Below are positions 24,226-37,218 of a stretch of 64,000 bases of DNA, one piece after another (within the stretch, counting starts at the first letter, position 1; every line of letters starts with the position of its first letter). The position numbers were made by a program, and so were the translations under genes. This stretch comes from Amphiscolops sp. MND2022 (taxonomy: Eukaryota): positions 65,288,001 to 65,352,000 of the forward strand of contig OZ076409.1 in NCBI GenBank assembly GCA_964187785.1, in the 5' to 3' direction. Below the pieces are notes generated by a model. The model searched no databases. It was not told where the DNA came from and saw nothing but the letters and a program-made list of their open reading frames with translations.

Positions 24226-25302
24226 AACACTTTGGAATTGAAAACTTTCTAAATCTGAACTTAGCTCACAAGGAATCAAGTGCTACGCAAGTTCGTACAA
24301 AAAATTAACTTGTTTCTTCAAGAAAAGTCGTTTCTGAAACGAAATATTGTGTGAAAAGCTTGGAGAGAAGCTGGCTTTCATGTGAACGGAAATGATAACC
24401 GAGCTGTGATATAAATTAAGATAACGTAATCCGGCACAGCATGACTTTAATGAATGTCTGAGTTAATTTTAACTAAATTCTATCAGATTATTTTGCCAGA
24501 CGCCTAATACTGTTCATATGGTTCTTTGGGATTGCCCCAAGCGCTCATTTCATCATTGCCTTTTATGATTAGCCAATTCGCTCAACTCACTTTGCAACAA
24601 CTGTTTCTTGTCCACCGCTCAAATTCTTCTAGCAAGTCGCAACTAACAGCTACCACTAAAACATTACCACTGAATCCCCTAAATATGGCACACCTAAACT
24701 TGTTCAACCAGCCAACTGATTGATCCCCCACCTTTTTCTGTTTATCGTGATTGTAATGACGTCACAATTTACTTCCGTGTTTCGCGTTTTCGATAAAAAT
24801 CTTCATTTAGATACAAAATTGATTTCCATCTCATCTACAGGTTTAAAACTTCTGTCTTTCTCATTTTAATAAAAAACCGTTTTTCAGTTTCGACGCTCCT
24901 GAAACAATACTGAGTGTTTTAGCCGATTCTCGTGACTGAAGTTTTCTACGACTCAAAACCGTCTGTCTGATTGCTGCCTTTTTGTTTTCAGAGAGCATCT
25001 TTTAATTCTTTTTTACATCATTGTTGCATACGGTATTTTAACCAAAACAGCTTTTAATTCAATTTACGCTACCATATGATCATTTTTGCTTAAAAATCTT
25101 TCTTTTCCGATCTCCCAACAACAATATTTAGAATGAAAAAATTGTACCCAACACACTAACTGTTTGTTTATGAGATGCTTGAATTGCCAAGAAGTTATTG
25201 TGGAGCGCGGTTAATAGACAAAAGAAACGCAAAAATTTCCGAAAATGAAGGAATCATCGATGTGTATGGTTTTATTACAAGCCGTTGTTTTATTGCTTCA
25301 AG

Positions 25303-25360
25303 AATCCTTGTGGGGATTACCAGTGAATGATCATGATGATCAACTGCCATACAGTTTCAG
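25303..25360 (+). CDS. Putative exon of the host ADAMTS-like gene (5' boundary uncertain)
   Basis: Donor CAG|GTAAAG in phase 2 joins the 28180 exon to give ...LPYSFR-WQAL, a typical lead-in to a TSP1 repeat. Confidence 0.4.
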
Positions 25361-27506
25361 GTAAAGAAAACTCACTTTTCAGCTCACTCTCACACTCAGT
25401 TTTCCAAGAACTTCTTTACATGAGATAGAAAAAATATTCTCAGCTTCGTTTACCATACTCACATATTGTTAGGATCCTTGATCTTACGATTGAAAACACT
25501 ATTGGACTTTAATAATATCAAACTAAATTCTCGTAATGTCAAAAGTATATGATCTTGCAACGTAAACATAGATTGAGGGTATACTCTTTAAAATTTGTTA
25601 GTAAACAACTCTGTCGTCTATACAGTAAACTATAGTTTATTCATTATTTATCTCTTCATTCGGTTGAAGGTCAAGTGGTGTCTGCATCCCACACATATTT
25701 TGTAGAGATATAGCTCCTTCCACAGAATTCAACGACGAAAAAACTGGTTTCGGTTTTCTATTTTATTTATGGAGACATGTAGGGTTGTGAAAGAATTGCT
25801 TAAAATGAAAAGGGGTCTAAATGAAAATTACTTTAATTTTCGAACTTCCGGGCAGCTTTTGAACGATATTTCAAACTTTTGCGTTAGCATAAATTTATTG
25901 ACTTCTCCGTTTCCGCTTCTCTTGCTTAAACATTTCAGGGAATCATCTTGATTTTAGTCTGCGCTATATCAACTATAACGCGACTATTATTGCGGCTTGT
26001 CGTACGTTTTTTAAAAACCAGTTGAAGTTCTACGAAAAGTTCCAAAGCAAACCAAAATCTTAAGTGTGCCAAAAGTGTCCAAACGGTCCTCGTTTTGGTT
26101 TTGAGATTTTTATTGAACGTACAGAGCTGTATGAGGATTTATTCGACGGTGTGTGACTTTTTTTGAAAGACACAGTCTGAATTTTTTTTTCGATTAGGTT
26201 ATTTCACTTTGGTAAATTGCCTTCAGAAGAGATATTGTGTTAGATATTGAAAAGATATTGTGCCAAATAAGAGATATTGTGCTAGTTGTTTGTTCCGATA
26301 AAAAATTTAAGTCATATCAGAAGGTTTCCGATACAACTGGAAGTTAAAAAGCCTCTAAATTTTCAGGCCATTTTCTTTAGCAGTTCAGTGTTGTATGCGG
26401 TTGTTAATACCATAGTAAACTGCTGGATGCAAGGTTGGTCAAAATGTGTTTTTTTGCAAAAAAAAACGTTTAAAACGTTTTAAACGTTTAAACATCATTT
26501 TTTTCGTGTTAGGAAAATGGTACAAAAACTCTGATTTTATGCCTAAAATTTAGCATTTTGAGCAGTTTTTCTACAGTTTTTGGATGTTTTTGTTGTTGAA
26601 ATTCAACAAATTTCAGCATCGAAAGAGTTCAGCATCTTTCAACAGTTGATAACAAAAAATAAGACGCCCGCTGACAAGTGAGGTATTTTCCGCCCCCAAC
26701 TGCTCTACGACGACATAATGTTGAGGCGCAAAAATAGTCAATGAAGAATGAGAAAAATATTCCAAACATTGAGAAAACCATTAGAAAAAAACATAAAAAA
26801 CAAGTGTTTAATACAGTGTTTTAAACACCCCTGTTTAAAACATGCCAACTCTGACTGGATGTATGAATTTTCATTTTTTGAGAACCCCCGAAATACTCTG
26901 AAAATAAATGAGATGTTACTATTCTATTTTTGCTCAAGTTTTTAATGGAGCATTCAAAAGCAGCTGTTATTTGCTGTTATTTATATCATCTCGAGAATCT
27001 GGAAGAAGAATTCGAGGTGAATTGATAAGCACAATTTACGATCTTCACTTCCACTTTGAATATTTGAAGTAGAACTTATATTTAGACGCAAAACTAAAAA
27101 TAGCTCAATCAAAGATTTATTCGATAATGTTCACGTAGCATGGAGCAGATATGAAATGCAGAGAAAAAAGGAACGACTGCTTTCAATTTTTCATGTCGAC
27201 TTTAAAGTTCATTTTGGGAATTTTCCTATTCCAGTTCTTTGATGGAATATTTTAATCGTAGTGTTTGATGACCTTTTTACGATCAATTGCGGTGATCTGG
27301 ATACATCAAGAAAATCAACAAAAGCAGCCAATTTTTTTCCAATTTTTCAAAGACGTGTCACCAATTTTATTGATCACACATTAAAAAAATGTTTCATGTA
27401 ACTGGCAAACAAACTCTGATTCATCCAATATGTCTTTGTTGTCTAAACATATTTTTTTGATGCTTCAAAAGGCTAAATGACATACGGGAAATGTTATGAC
27501 ATTTTT

Positions 27507-27867
27507 AGTCGGTGCGTTTTCCTTTAAGGAAAAAAGCCCGACTATTACACTGACTAGGTTTTTTCGTCAGACAACAGAATGTATGAGAAGTGGACACTTT
27601 TAACAGAACTAATAAACGACTGGACCGGCAACCGGAAACGCATCTAAGGTATTGCAAAGGGTCCCCCCTTTCATTTACTCCAATTTCAACGTAAGATACA
27701 AAAACGGACGAGACTATAGGGTCCCCCATTTGAATTTTTTGTCTCCAAAGGGTTCCCTTCATTTTTTTGATATTTTGCAACAAACTTGATTTTCAGAAAG
27801 CCCCTTTTACAATTCAAAAAACTTTTGAGCCTTAGATGTAGCGCCGACTTTAGACGTTCCCGTCTCG
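27507..27867 (+). mobile_element. HINE copy
   Basis: TT|AGTCGGTGCG ... GCGCCGACTTT-AGACG-TTCC-CGTCT-CG|TT. Confidence 0.8.
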
Positions 27868-28179
27868 TTTCATCCTGCAAGGAAAATGTTATGAGTCAAT
27901 TTTTTCCCAGATTATTTTTCCAATTCTCGGCTTGTCTTCTTGTATCTCACTACTCAAAGTATTTGAAACACTAAGATTAGTTTACAGAATCGAATTATCG
28001 TGTTTTATACTTCAAGAAACAAAATTGACAAAAAAATATTGAATGTTTGAATTTTGTTTATGAAAAACGACATTTTCGAATCAAAAATGGCGGAAAAATT
28101 AGTTTTTTTCTGCGCTGTAACTTCATTTTATTCGAATATAAACTGAAATGAATAATCAAGTGAGGTTTTTCTTTTTCAG

Positions 28180-28432
28180 GTGGCAGGCACTGAGTCACTC
28201 GTTCGAAACATGTGACTGCAAAACAGCCAGCAAGCAGCCAAAGTTTGCATGCATGCAGATAAGGAAGCAGAGAGACTCAAAGAGAAGCAATGATGCTTTA
28301 TTGGAAGCAGATTCACAGAGAGAGACGATAGTTCCGGACATGCACTGTGGTAATATCACCAGACCTTTCACCATGGGCCGCCCTTGTCCGGAACAGTGTC
28401 CACATGAATGGGTCATCGAACAGTTCAGCGCC
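28180..28432 (+). CDS. Host exon: ADAMTS-type thrombospondin type 1 repeat
   Basis: ttttcag acceptor, GTTAGT donor; WQAL...CDC...C...VPDMHCGNITRP...CPEQCPHEW...FS. Confidence 0.8.
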
Positions 28433-29583
28433 GTTAGTTACATTCCTCTTCTGAAATAAATAGTACAGAAAATAATATCTATTCTATACCCGGACCCAAC
28501 ATTCATGATCGTTCATACAATCCCCGTCGATTCCATTTATGGAACCAAACTATCTTCTATTGCAAGAAATGGCTTTGGGTGGAGGTATATAGTTCCATTA
28601 TGAAACCTTATAATTTTTTTAAAAAATTACAGATCAAAGTTTCTATAGGAGTGAAATATGGAGCTTTTCCTAGAATCACATTTTTTCTTGGCAGTTTTTT
28701 GCATCTCAAGACACTGGTTTCTAAATATGCAGCCTAAAAGTCTGTAGTCAAAGTTGCTTAGGTGAAGTGAATACAAGCAGGTTTTCATAACTAGAATTGT
28801 CTGCAGCTGGAGCGTTTAGCAAATTTTTAGCAAAGCTTTGCCAAAACATGCCGAAATAACAAAGAGCAGCTTTGGTTTTTAGCCCTGGAAAATACACAAA
28901 TCATTGCACATCCTGCACACCATTGAACGTTTCAGATCGAAGCCAAGCGCGACATGCCGTCACGCCTATGTTTTTAAATTAAATTGTCAATTTCACTTAT
29001 TTGTTGTTCACCGATTTTTTACATTTAGAGCAAGAATTGACGCTTTAGTAATATGCATAGAAAATAGTGTATTGAGAGCAGCTTGCTCGCTCGGAGATAA
29101 CGTGTTCAGTTGGGCGGATGCATCGTTGGAATTCCGTCTTTTCCCAAACATTACTGTAAAGGCCTATTCTAGTTGCCAAATCGTTCTATCCGGCGGCCTG
29201 TCCTGAAACTATACTTACACTTGATAAAAACTGAAGATTTCAACTTCCAAAAATACTCACAACTTGGGTTAAAGAAATCAATTTTCCGTTCTAACATGGG
29301 TATACAATATGTCAGGTACATAGAGTAATAGAGCAAACAATATAAAAACCTGTATTTATGCGTAAACAAACTTATGAGAACTTCCATCTTGTCATCTTGT
29401 CATTGAATTTGTTTTTTTGTTTTCCCAAATAGCATTTCGTATTTTCCCCAATCCGAGGAGTTGAATGAATCCGTCAAGGCATCCGAAAACAACAACACCT
29501 GAGTTGTTTCGTGTCTCTTCACTGTCATTACTTTTGGGTCGGTTAGGTGAAATATCGACATCTTCTGCTAAATTGCCTGATTT

Positions 29584-30158
29584 ACCAAATCACAGAGAAC
29601 ATGATTCGCTGCCCGTCGGGTTGACTGAATTACTAGTAGTCTACCCGACTGGCAGAGAATCATGTTCTCTGTGCGTGTCCGTTTAAGTTCGCCACTTTTA
29701 AGTTCGCCACATATAAGTTAGCCCGTAAATCTTAGCCATATTTAATTTAGCCACCATATATGTTCGCCACATACAAGTTCGCCACATTTTCGACCAATCA
29801 AATTCGAGCATTCAAAATTACGATAACGTAGTCAGATATGTTCACATACCCCTAGTGCCCTAAATGCAGGAGCGAAGCGAAGCGGAGCGACGTGCCATAT
29901 GGCCATGCCTCAATGTTGCTACTTGGCGAAGGGAGCGAAGCGACCGAGCCATACAACAAGTATGCTAATCGCCACTAAATATAACCAAATGAAAATAATC
30001 GCTGATATGGAATTCTTTCATTAGCTGAAATGTGGCGAAAATAAACGTGGCGATCTTATATGGTGGCTAACTTGAACGTGGCTAAGTTTTACGGGCTAAC
30101 TTATACGTGGCGAACTTAAATATGGCGAACTTACAACGGCACCTCTCTGTGATTTGGT
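29584..30158. repeat. Palindrome of about 100 bp (hairpin MITE) split by an insertion
   Basis: accaaatcacagagaacatgattc...gtcggg / cccgac...gaatcatgttctctgtg[insert]atttggt. Confidence 0.7.
29674..30143. mobile_element. Foldback-type MITE with sub-repeated TIRs and an 8-bp TSD
   Basis: Arms built from aagttcgccac / gtggcgaactt units; TCTCTGTG duplicated (29666-29673, 30144-30151). Confidence 0.85.
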
Positions 30159-32209
30159 TCAATTTTGAATGTCAGTTTTCACGCCTTTTCAACCATGCAA
30201 TCAGAGTGCAGTACTTTTGCTATTATTCAGTTCTTTGATTGACTTGTTCATTTGACCAGTTTGCCATCAATCGACTTATGTTAATGCCGTACCTCCTCAA
30301 AAAGAACTTATAGTGCTACAATAAACAAATAGGTGTCTACCTCTTTAATGTGAATCATAAGAGGTGCTTGTAAAGGAAACAAAGGAAACGATCTATCAAA
30401 GCACTAAAACACAGAGAATGGGAAGGTCATGTGAGACTGATATGTCAGATGTAGAATTCATGATGATCAGAAACTCTGATGCAAATCAGGTTGAAAGAAA
30501 ATTAGCACTTGACCGAAACACTGAGGAGGAAGCCTTGACGGCAAATGGGGAATTTAAAGAAACGGAAACTAGAGAAAGGAGAGACATCAAGTCACTAGAA
30601 CCAGGTCAATTGGGCTCCCAATTGTGCTATATACGAGGGAATTATTTCCCATTTCCAAGTGGCCGCGAGGGCGGCTTTCGGTAGCACAACTTTGAAACAT
30701 GGAACGTGTATGTCATGTAAACCTTACCAAAAACCCGAGAATCCCTACACTCCCAAAGAGCTGAGGAAAATTCTAATGCGGAACAGAACGATCAAACGCA
30801 CACAGGCAGTGATAGAAGACGTGCAGTGAGTTCTCACAAAAACGTTCTTCATAAAAGATCTTTGAGAAGTTTTTTCTTGAAATAAAAGATAATGAAGTTA
30901 TATTTGCCACGACAAGTTACTTTCCAAGTTATTGAACAGTTTTAGTGCATTTTTTGAGAAATATTGTCGTTATCTTGAGATTGGTTTTCAGAACAATAGC
31001 CACTACGCAATGCAGCGGAAATCTGCAAAAATTTTTTGGTGACCCATTTGTTCTTGATTAATGGTTCAAAACGGAATAACGTTACCGAGTTTCATGCACC
31101 ATTCTGAAAAAACTGAAACCTGTCAAACTGTTGATAAACACTATAATCTTCCGTATAGCTTCAAGGTAAACATACGATCCTTTTACGTTGTTGTTGCAAT
31201 TGATTACATAAGAAAAAAATTCTTACAAAACCAAAATCTCTTTCCAACATTAGATTGCAGAGATTCAATTGTTTGTTGTAATGGTAGCTCAAATAAGAAC
31301 CTCGTGTTTTCAAAACAGATCAAAAGGAGTTTGATAATTATACTTTATCATCTAAAATTACTCATCTTTTTCTGTCGGGAAGTACTCTGAAAGTTTCTCC
31401 CTATTGATGTTTCTGTTTGGGTCTGAAAGATTTATTTTTGACTTTCTTTTTAATGTGATAAAAACACAGATTTGAATCACCAAAAAGCCTCACTACACTA
31501 ACTACATGTAGATTATGAAAAGTCAACCTTTAGCGATGAAACAACAAAATAATGAACTAACTAAATCTTGAAGATGATTCAAATTTTGCATTACTCTTAT
31601 AGCGCTTGGGGAAACACGGGTTAACTACCTGTACATGCGTCGTTTGTTTAGTGTAGCAAGGAGTGTGGGAAGGGAGTTCAAACACGGAAGGTCAAGTGTG
31701 GCAATCGACTGCATAGGGGGTACACTGCCCCCAATGAGTTCCTGTGTCACACTTCCTTGTTGCCTAAGCCCATCTCTACCCGCACTTGTGCCCACGTTGA
31801 CTGTCCACCCCATTTCGTCACTTCTGATTGGTCACAGGTTGGCAAACATTTCTCTAGCATTTGTGTAGTATTGTTCCTGCAGGTTGGTGGAAATGTTTGC
31901 TTATGGTCTGTCAGTGTCGAAACAGAAATTATATATAATTTCTATAGGTTTGAAATTGGCACTTGATAAAATTACTAGAAAAAAATGAGCGAAATTCGCA
32001 GATGCACAAAAATACACGAGTTCAAAATTGGTTGATTTAAGTTGCTTGTTAGCTGACCTATTTTTTCTGACCGAACACATTCCAACGCAAGGCTGACGTA
32101 TTATCATTTTTGCATGATAAAAACTTTGCAGATTGCCTTTCTGGGGTGTGAATAATGTAATAAAGAAACGTGTATGACTTCCAATCCTAGAATAGCAAGA
32201 TGATTTCAG

Positions 32210-32378
32210 GAGTGTCACGCATTGAGCACAAACACGTATTGTGGCATTGGATACAATGTGAGAAGCCTGGGGTGTGAACAGGTCCTGGCCAACTCCATCA
32301 CAGTGCAGTCATCGGGGTGCAGCGAAGAGCACAAACCAGACATGTTCAGAGACTGCTACAAACCATGTCCCGGACTTG
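32210..32378 (+). CDS. Host exon: ADAMTS-type TSP1 repeat
   Basis: atttcag acceptor (phase 0, matching the previous exon), GTCAGT donor; ECH...CGIGYNVRSLGC...CSEEHKP...CYKPCP. Confidence 0.85.
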
Positions 32379-33398
32379 GTCAGTTAGTTATTCATCAAAA
32401 GATCAGTGCTTCTTTTCTTAACGGGGCCATGCTATCCTGATTAAGGAATGAACCGCTTCAGTTTTTGAGTTACAAAAAACATCTCATTCGAGCGTGATTC
32501 AGTTGACGATTCCAATTGAAGTTAAATGGTTTAATGGAAAAAGGTTTCACCATTAGGAAGTTAGTGAGACCAGTTCGAAAAAGCTTTTGAAACTAGTTTG
32601 AAATGGAATCAGCATAGTTACATGTATCAGCATCAAACTTTGCAAAGGGAACACGACTTTATTTCTTTTGCAAACTCAAACCTGGTTCAATATTTACTTT
32701 TAGTTCTGTCATGATGATTTTCGCCTTTTTAACACACTCGGATTTTCAGCTTCTTAGTTATGGAAAAACTAAAAGAAAATCAAAATTCTTGATGAAAAAA
32801 TTCACTTTTACATGTATAGTGATGAAGATAAAATTCGTCTTACACAAAATGTTGCTTTTATATTTAAAATAAACATTAACTTTATTCATGAAATTTGTTT
32901 ACCAGATAGCATACATGGGTTGACTTCCATAGAAAAAACATCTAGATCAATAAAAGTCATATTTGGTGATGTAAAATTTTGTTACTGTTCAAACGCGTCA
33001 AGCTCTAGTCATTAATGATTGTCGAATATTGTTACCGAAGTAATTTCCACTGGGAACATCTGGAATCGAAAATTTTTTAAGAGGGTATTACTATTGATAG
33101 CTTGTCATTGTTTAAAATTACATTCTGATGTGGTTTTAGAATTTTTTTCGGAGCGTAAATCAATTTATGACATCAAGTTCCCGACGACATGGTCACATCA
33201 AGATGTTTTCAGCTCAGTCATATTATAAGAATATTAACGAATCATTTTCTGATCCTTTTGTAGCAATTTATATGACAGCATTTGATTGATATCGTAGTTT
33301 GCCGTGTTCGGTCATCTAATGCAAGCAGTTTTAGGCTGATAATTACAGAAACAGACAACATTCTTTAGTTTGAAGTGGTATAATTTTTTTGTTTTTAG

Positions 33399-33523
33399 CG
33401 TTTGATGCCACTTTGATGACGACGCACACGAAGTTGAATGAATCCGGACAATACTTTCTTCAATCCAGACAAAAAATTATCTTGGATTGTAGTTCTGCGG
33501 TTTCAACTTGTCAGCAAAAATTG
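33399..33523 (+). CDS. Host exon: N-terminal half of an Ig-like domain
   Basis: tttttag acceptor in phase 1 (matches 32378), GTCAGC donor in phase 0; QKIILDC resembles an Ig B-strand. Confidence 0.65.
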
Positions 33524-33627
33524 GTCAGCACTTCATCTAGCAACCAAATTTTGGTTTGTTATTACATATTTAACAAATTTCATTCACATCAAAAGCCAGT
33601 ATAGCGTAAACTTCAATTGTTTTTCAG

Positions 33628-33862
33628 ACTCCAACGATAACATGGAAGTTCAACGGCGAGATGGTTGATGCAAAGAGTAAAAAAGAAACATCACATCACT
33701 TCAAGAATCTTAACGATGATGATTCAAAAGAAACTGAGAACAATTTTCAATTTGAAATTGACGACTTTCAGCCAGAAGATCACATGGGCAGATACGAGTG
33801 CATCCCCAGTGCCAACATTCCCCACCAATGTCACAAAACTATGCAGTTCAATTTGATCCACA
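33628..33862 (+). CDS. Host exon: C-terminal half of an Ig-like domain (gene is ADAMTS-like/papilin/MADD-4 type)
   Basis: ttttcag acceptor in phase 0; TPTITWKFNG...FEIDDFQPEDHMGRYEC; GTTAGT donor. Confidence 0.8.
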
Positions 33863-34122
33863 GTTAGTTTGATGAGAATAAAGTATTTTGAATTTTCTGT
33901 AGATGATGTAGATGAAAACAAAACGGGAACGTCTAAAGTTGGCGCTATATCTAAGGCTCAAAAAGCGCTGTTTCTAAAATTGTAAAAGGGAGACCCTTTC
34001 GGGTTTTTGAAAATCCAGTTTGTTGCATAATACCAAAAAAAATTGAAGAGGGCACCCTTTGGCGACAAAAAAATTCGAAAAAAAGTCGCACAGCGCCGAA
34101 AAAATTCAAAGGGGGACCCTAT

Positions 34123-34690
34123 TGTAAGGACTAAGGTCCCTGTTGTTTCTAAGATCACAGGCGGGCCGTGAGTCCTTTTTTGTAATTTTAGATTTGAACC
34201 CATTGTTCCTTTCAGTGTTCTCCTGACTATTAGGGGACAAACTGGCTTCAGTGTCCTGATTTCCTGAAGATGACATTGAACTTACAATGTTCTGAATCTC
34301 TGGAAGTACCTTTTCAGCTATTGCCGCACCGATTGCTCTACTTATTTGGCTATGCATCATGGACATTTTTGAGTCCATTTCTTAAAAGAGACTCATATTA
34401 AATTCACTAGTGAAAGTTTCCATTGTCTCTTGAAACCTATCTTGTCTAGGGATCATGTTTTCATGGACGTAGTGTCCAAAGTCATTTTCGTGAGAATCAT
34501 TCTCTCTAGATTGTAGGTTACACTCATTGTCACAGTGACTTCCTGAATTTCCTATTATATTTGAAAGCTCTCGTTCAATTGGATTGACATTGTCATTCCC
34601 GAGTATAACGTCCATATTTTCAAAATCGGACATCATGTCGATCTCCCTTGACTTTCTAGCTTTTGCTTTTTGTCTTCTTGTGGAAGGCAT
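34123..34690 (-). pseudogene. LTR-encoded ORF (MPSTRRQKAKARKSRE...), one frameshift, runs off the LTR end
   Basis: ORFs 34382-34705 and 34106-34378 join across a frameshift; no stop before the terminal CA. Confidence 0.6.
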
Positions 34691-35599
34691 AAGAGACTGT
34701 TGCAAGAGGTAAAAATTGAAATTACTTAGGCTTGCGAATCAAATTTTGTAGTTTTCGTCCCCGGACTACGAGTCCTGTGTATTTATAGTAAAAGTCAAAC
34801 ATGACTCGCGAAATATTTCCAATCACGTTTCTAAAAATAGATTATATCAGCGCTAAAAGTAGCTCCGTCTATTTTTAAATAAGATGACATCATGTCTTCA
34901 AAGGCAATATTTGCCGACAATGGCTGGTAAAGCGTCAAACTTCAAGGATTAAATAGATCCTCATAGGACAAGCAACATTACATGCATATTGATTTTAAAT
35001 GACATTTATATGCATCCATGCGTTTGTATAAATTGGAAAATAGTGGGGGGACAGCATGTCCATTTACATATTCAAAAATATGCTCATCATCATCAGTTCG
35101 CTTTTATTACAAACTTTGGCCAATCATACTACGCTTGTATAGGTGCGTGATAGTGGTCGGTTTTTAATTGAACAAGCGCTGCTGTAGCAAATGAGCGCTT
35201 CTGATTGGTCAATAAACTAATTGCATCGGCTGTCCAAGGCGACAGGCAAAGAAACATTTGAAAACGTTTCCTTTGCCTGTACGCCTTGGTGGCCAATTAC
35301 TAATAAAGCATTGTTATTTTACATGTATAAAAGTAGACTAGCAACGTTGTAATGTTTTAATTTCATCAACTTGAACCAAATGAGATCAAATTTGACTTCA
35401 GGTCCGAGTATTAATTTTAACCTAGGGAACGGTACACAATGTTACCATCCGATAAGAAATGAGTTAATCAATTTCATTACAGTTCCTTTTGGACGGCATA
35501 TCCATTTTCCTCAGTCTAGCGGGATCGTCCCAGGGAGAGTGTTGTTGTTTTTACAAGAGGTTGAAAACTAGTTCCCATCGCATGCGGCAGCCTGCGACA
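34123..35599 (-). mobile_element. Solo LTR of 1.48 kb containing a promoter and the start of an ORF
   Basis: TG...CA termini, perfect 5-bp TSD CCTAT (34118-34122, 35600-35604), TATAAATA on the minus strand at about 34780. Confidence 0.85.
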
Positions 35600-36745
35600 C
35601 CTATATTCTCCTCCGGTTTTGTATCTTACGTTAAAAATGGAGGAAATGAAAGGGGACCCTTTGCACCAACTTAGATGCGTTTCCGTTTGCCGGTACAGTA
35701 GTTTAGTAGTTCTGTAAAAAGTGTCCACTACGCATGCATTCTGTTATCTGACGAAAAAAAAAGAGAAAAACTTGCCACTGTAATAGTCGGGGTCTTTTTG
35801 TTAAAATGTGCTGCTTAAAAACAGGTTTTGCTGACTAAAACCCAACTTTCTGCTTTCACCTGGTTCGAAGAGACATCAAAGATAAATTAGTGTACTAATT
35901 TTAAGCCAAAAACACCCAGGGAAATACGCCTGAGACTCGGAAACCACTTTTTTTCTCAACTGACAAAACAAAAAAACATATTTCTAAGAAAGGTTTTTTC
36001 CGGTAAAGCTCCATCGTTGCAAAAAACGTTTCAGCTTGCAAAACTACTTTTTCTCAAACCGAAGGTAACAACGTGGGGGTACCCTGGGACCAAATGAAAG
36101 TTTCAGCCAGACCCACAGAGCCGAAAGAAAAATTGAGAAGAGGGGTTTTTTCCATAATCGATAAGTAAACTTATTGGTTCCACAGGATCGAAAAGAAACA
36201 AAAAGGTCACCCTGAAGACTCGTGAAACACATTGTCTTCACAGAAAGCCTCGCAATTTTCCGGTAATCAAGAAATGCGCGTTAATCACTAGGCCAAGAGA
36301 AGTATGGAGTTACCTGAACGGTTGAAGAAGTCTTCGTAGAACTATTCTAGACAGAAGAGGTGTATCGAAAAAAACTGAAAAAAAGCTATGACTGTAGTCG
36401 CTCTTTTCCAACGAAAACACCGACTAAAATTTCGACATTTTATGTATTGGTACCACATAGTTCAATGACAAAAACCATTAGGCACTAAACGTCTGTATAA
36501 ATTAGGTGTTTTCAAAATAGGATAAGTTAAGTTGAATCAAAACTTTCCTTCCTTCGAACTTTTTTGCATTTTCAAAGTGCATTGGTTTCTCTTGAGTCTC
36601 AAATTTATGTCGTTGTAGAACAGTTTGGAGCAGAAAATATCTCGGTGGTCAGCGGTCTTCTGTTTATCCAGTAGCAGATCGTCTTCATTTTTAGTCGGGA
36701 CTTTTTTCTTTTTTATAATCAGTCACTCGTTTTTTTTCTCTTTAA

Positions 36746-37218
36746 CTCTAAATGGACCATTGGGCCGTATACGTCCCAGTTAGGTTCTGCAAAAAACTGG
36801 GACTAAGAAGAAAACGGGACCAAAAAATCAAAAGAAAATCAGCGCAGATTTTCCGTTTTTTCAGTTTTCGTTTATGCCAACTTTATCCCACTGGCATCAA
36901 GATTGTGTCAAAGTGGCCATAGCATGTTTTGAAACATGCTGAAATGCAGTCAGAAACACGAGGCGTGCAAAATTTTGGCGCAAAGTCTGGAGCCACTGCG
37001 GCGAAGCCGCACGCCAGCTGAGGACTTCGCGAAAAAAACTTTGCGCACATGGGGCCCCCATCCCAGCTGTTCAAAAATTAAATTGAAAGCCCTGATTGTC
37101 TTCTTTCGAACGCGGTATAAATCGTTTCTCGGACTTAAATAATTTAGGAGATATCGCGGTTTAAAGTTTAAGGACCAGATTTTTGGATGAATCCGAAAAT
37201 TTTTTGGACCATTTAGGG
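36746..37218. mobile_element. piggyBac-type MITE nested in a HINE
   Basis: TTAA duplications (36742-36745, 37219-37222); TIR C(T/C)CTAAATGG(A/T)CC. Confidence 0.75.

Larger units (their letters stand above)
33919..35816 (-). mobile_element. HINE copy split by a solo LTR
   Basis: HINE sequence ggggaccctat|attctc...ccggttttgtatcttacg resumes after 35604. Confidence 0.75.

Noticed and set aside
30364..30684. 106-aa charged ORF inside the host gene
   Set aside because: No clear acceptor or domain; the flanking exons already join in phase without it
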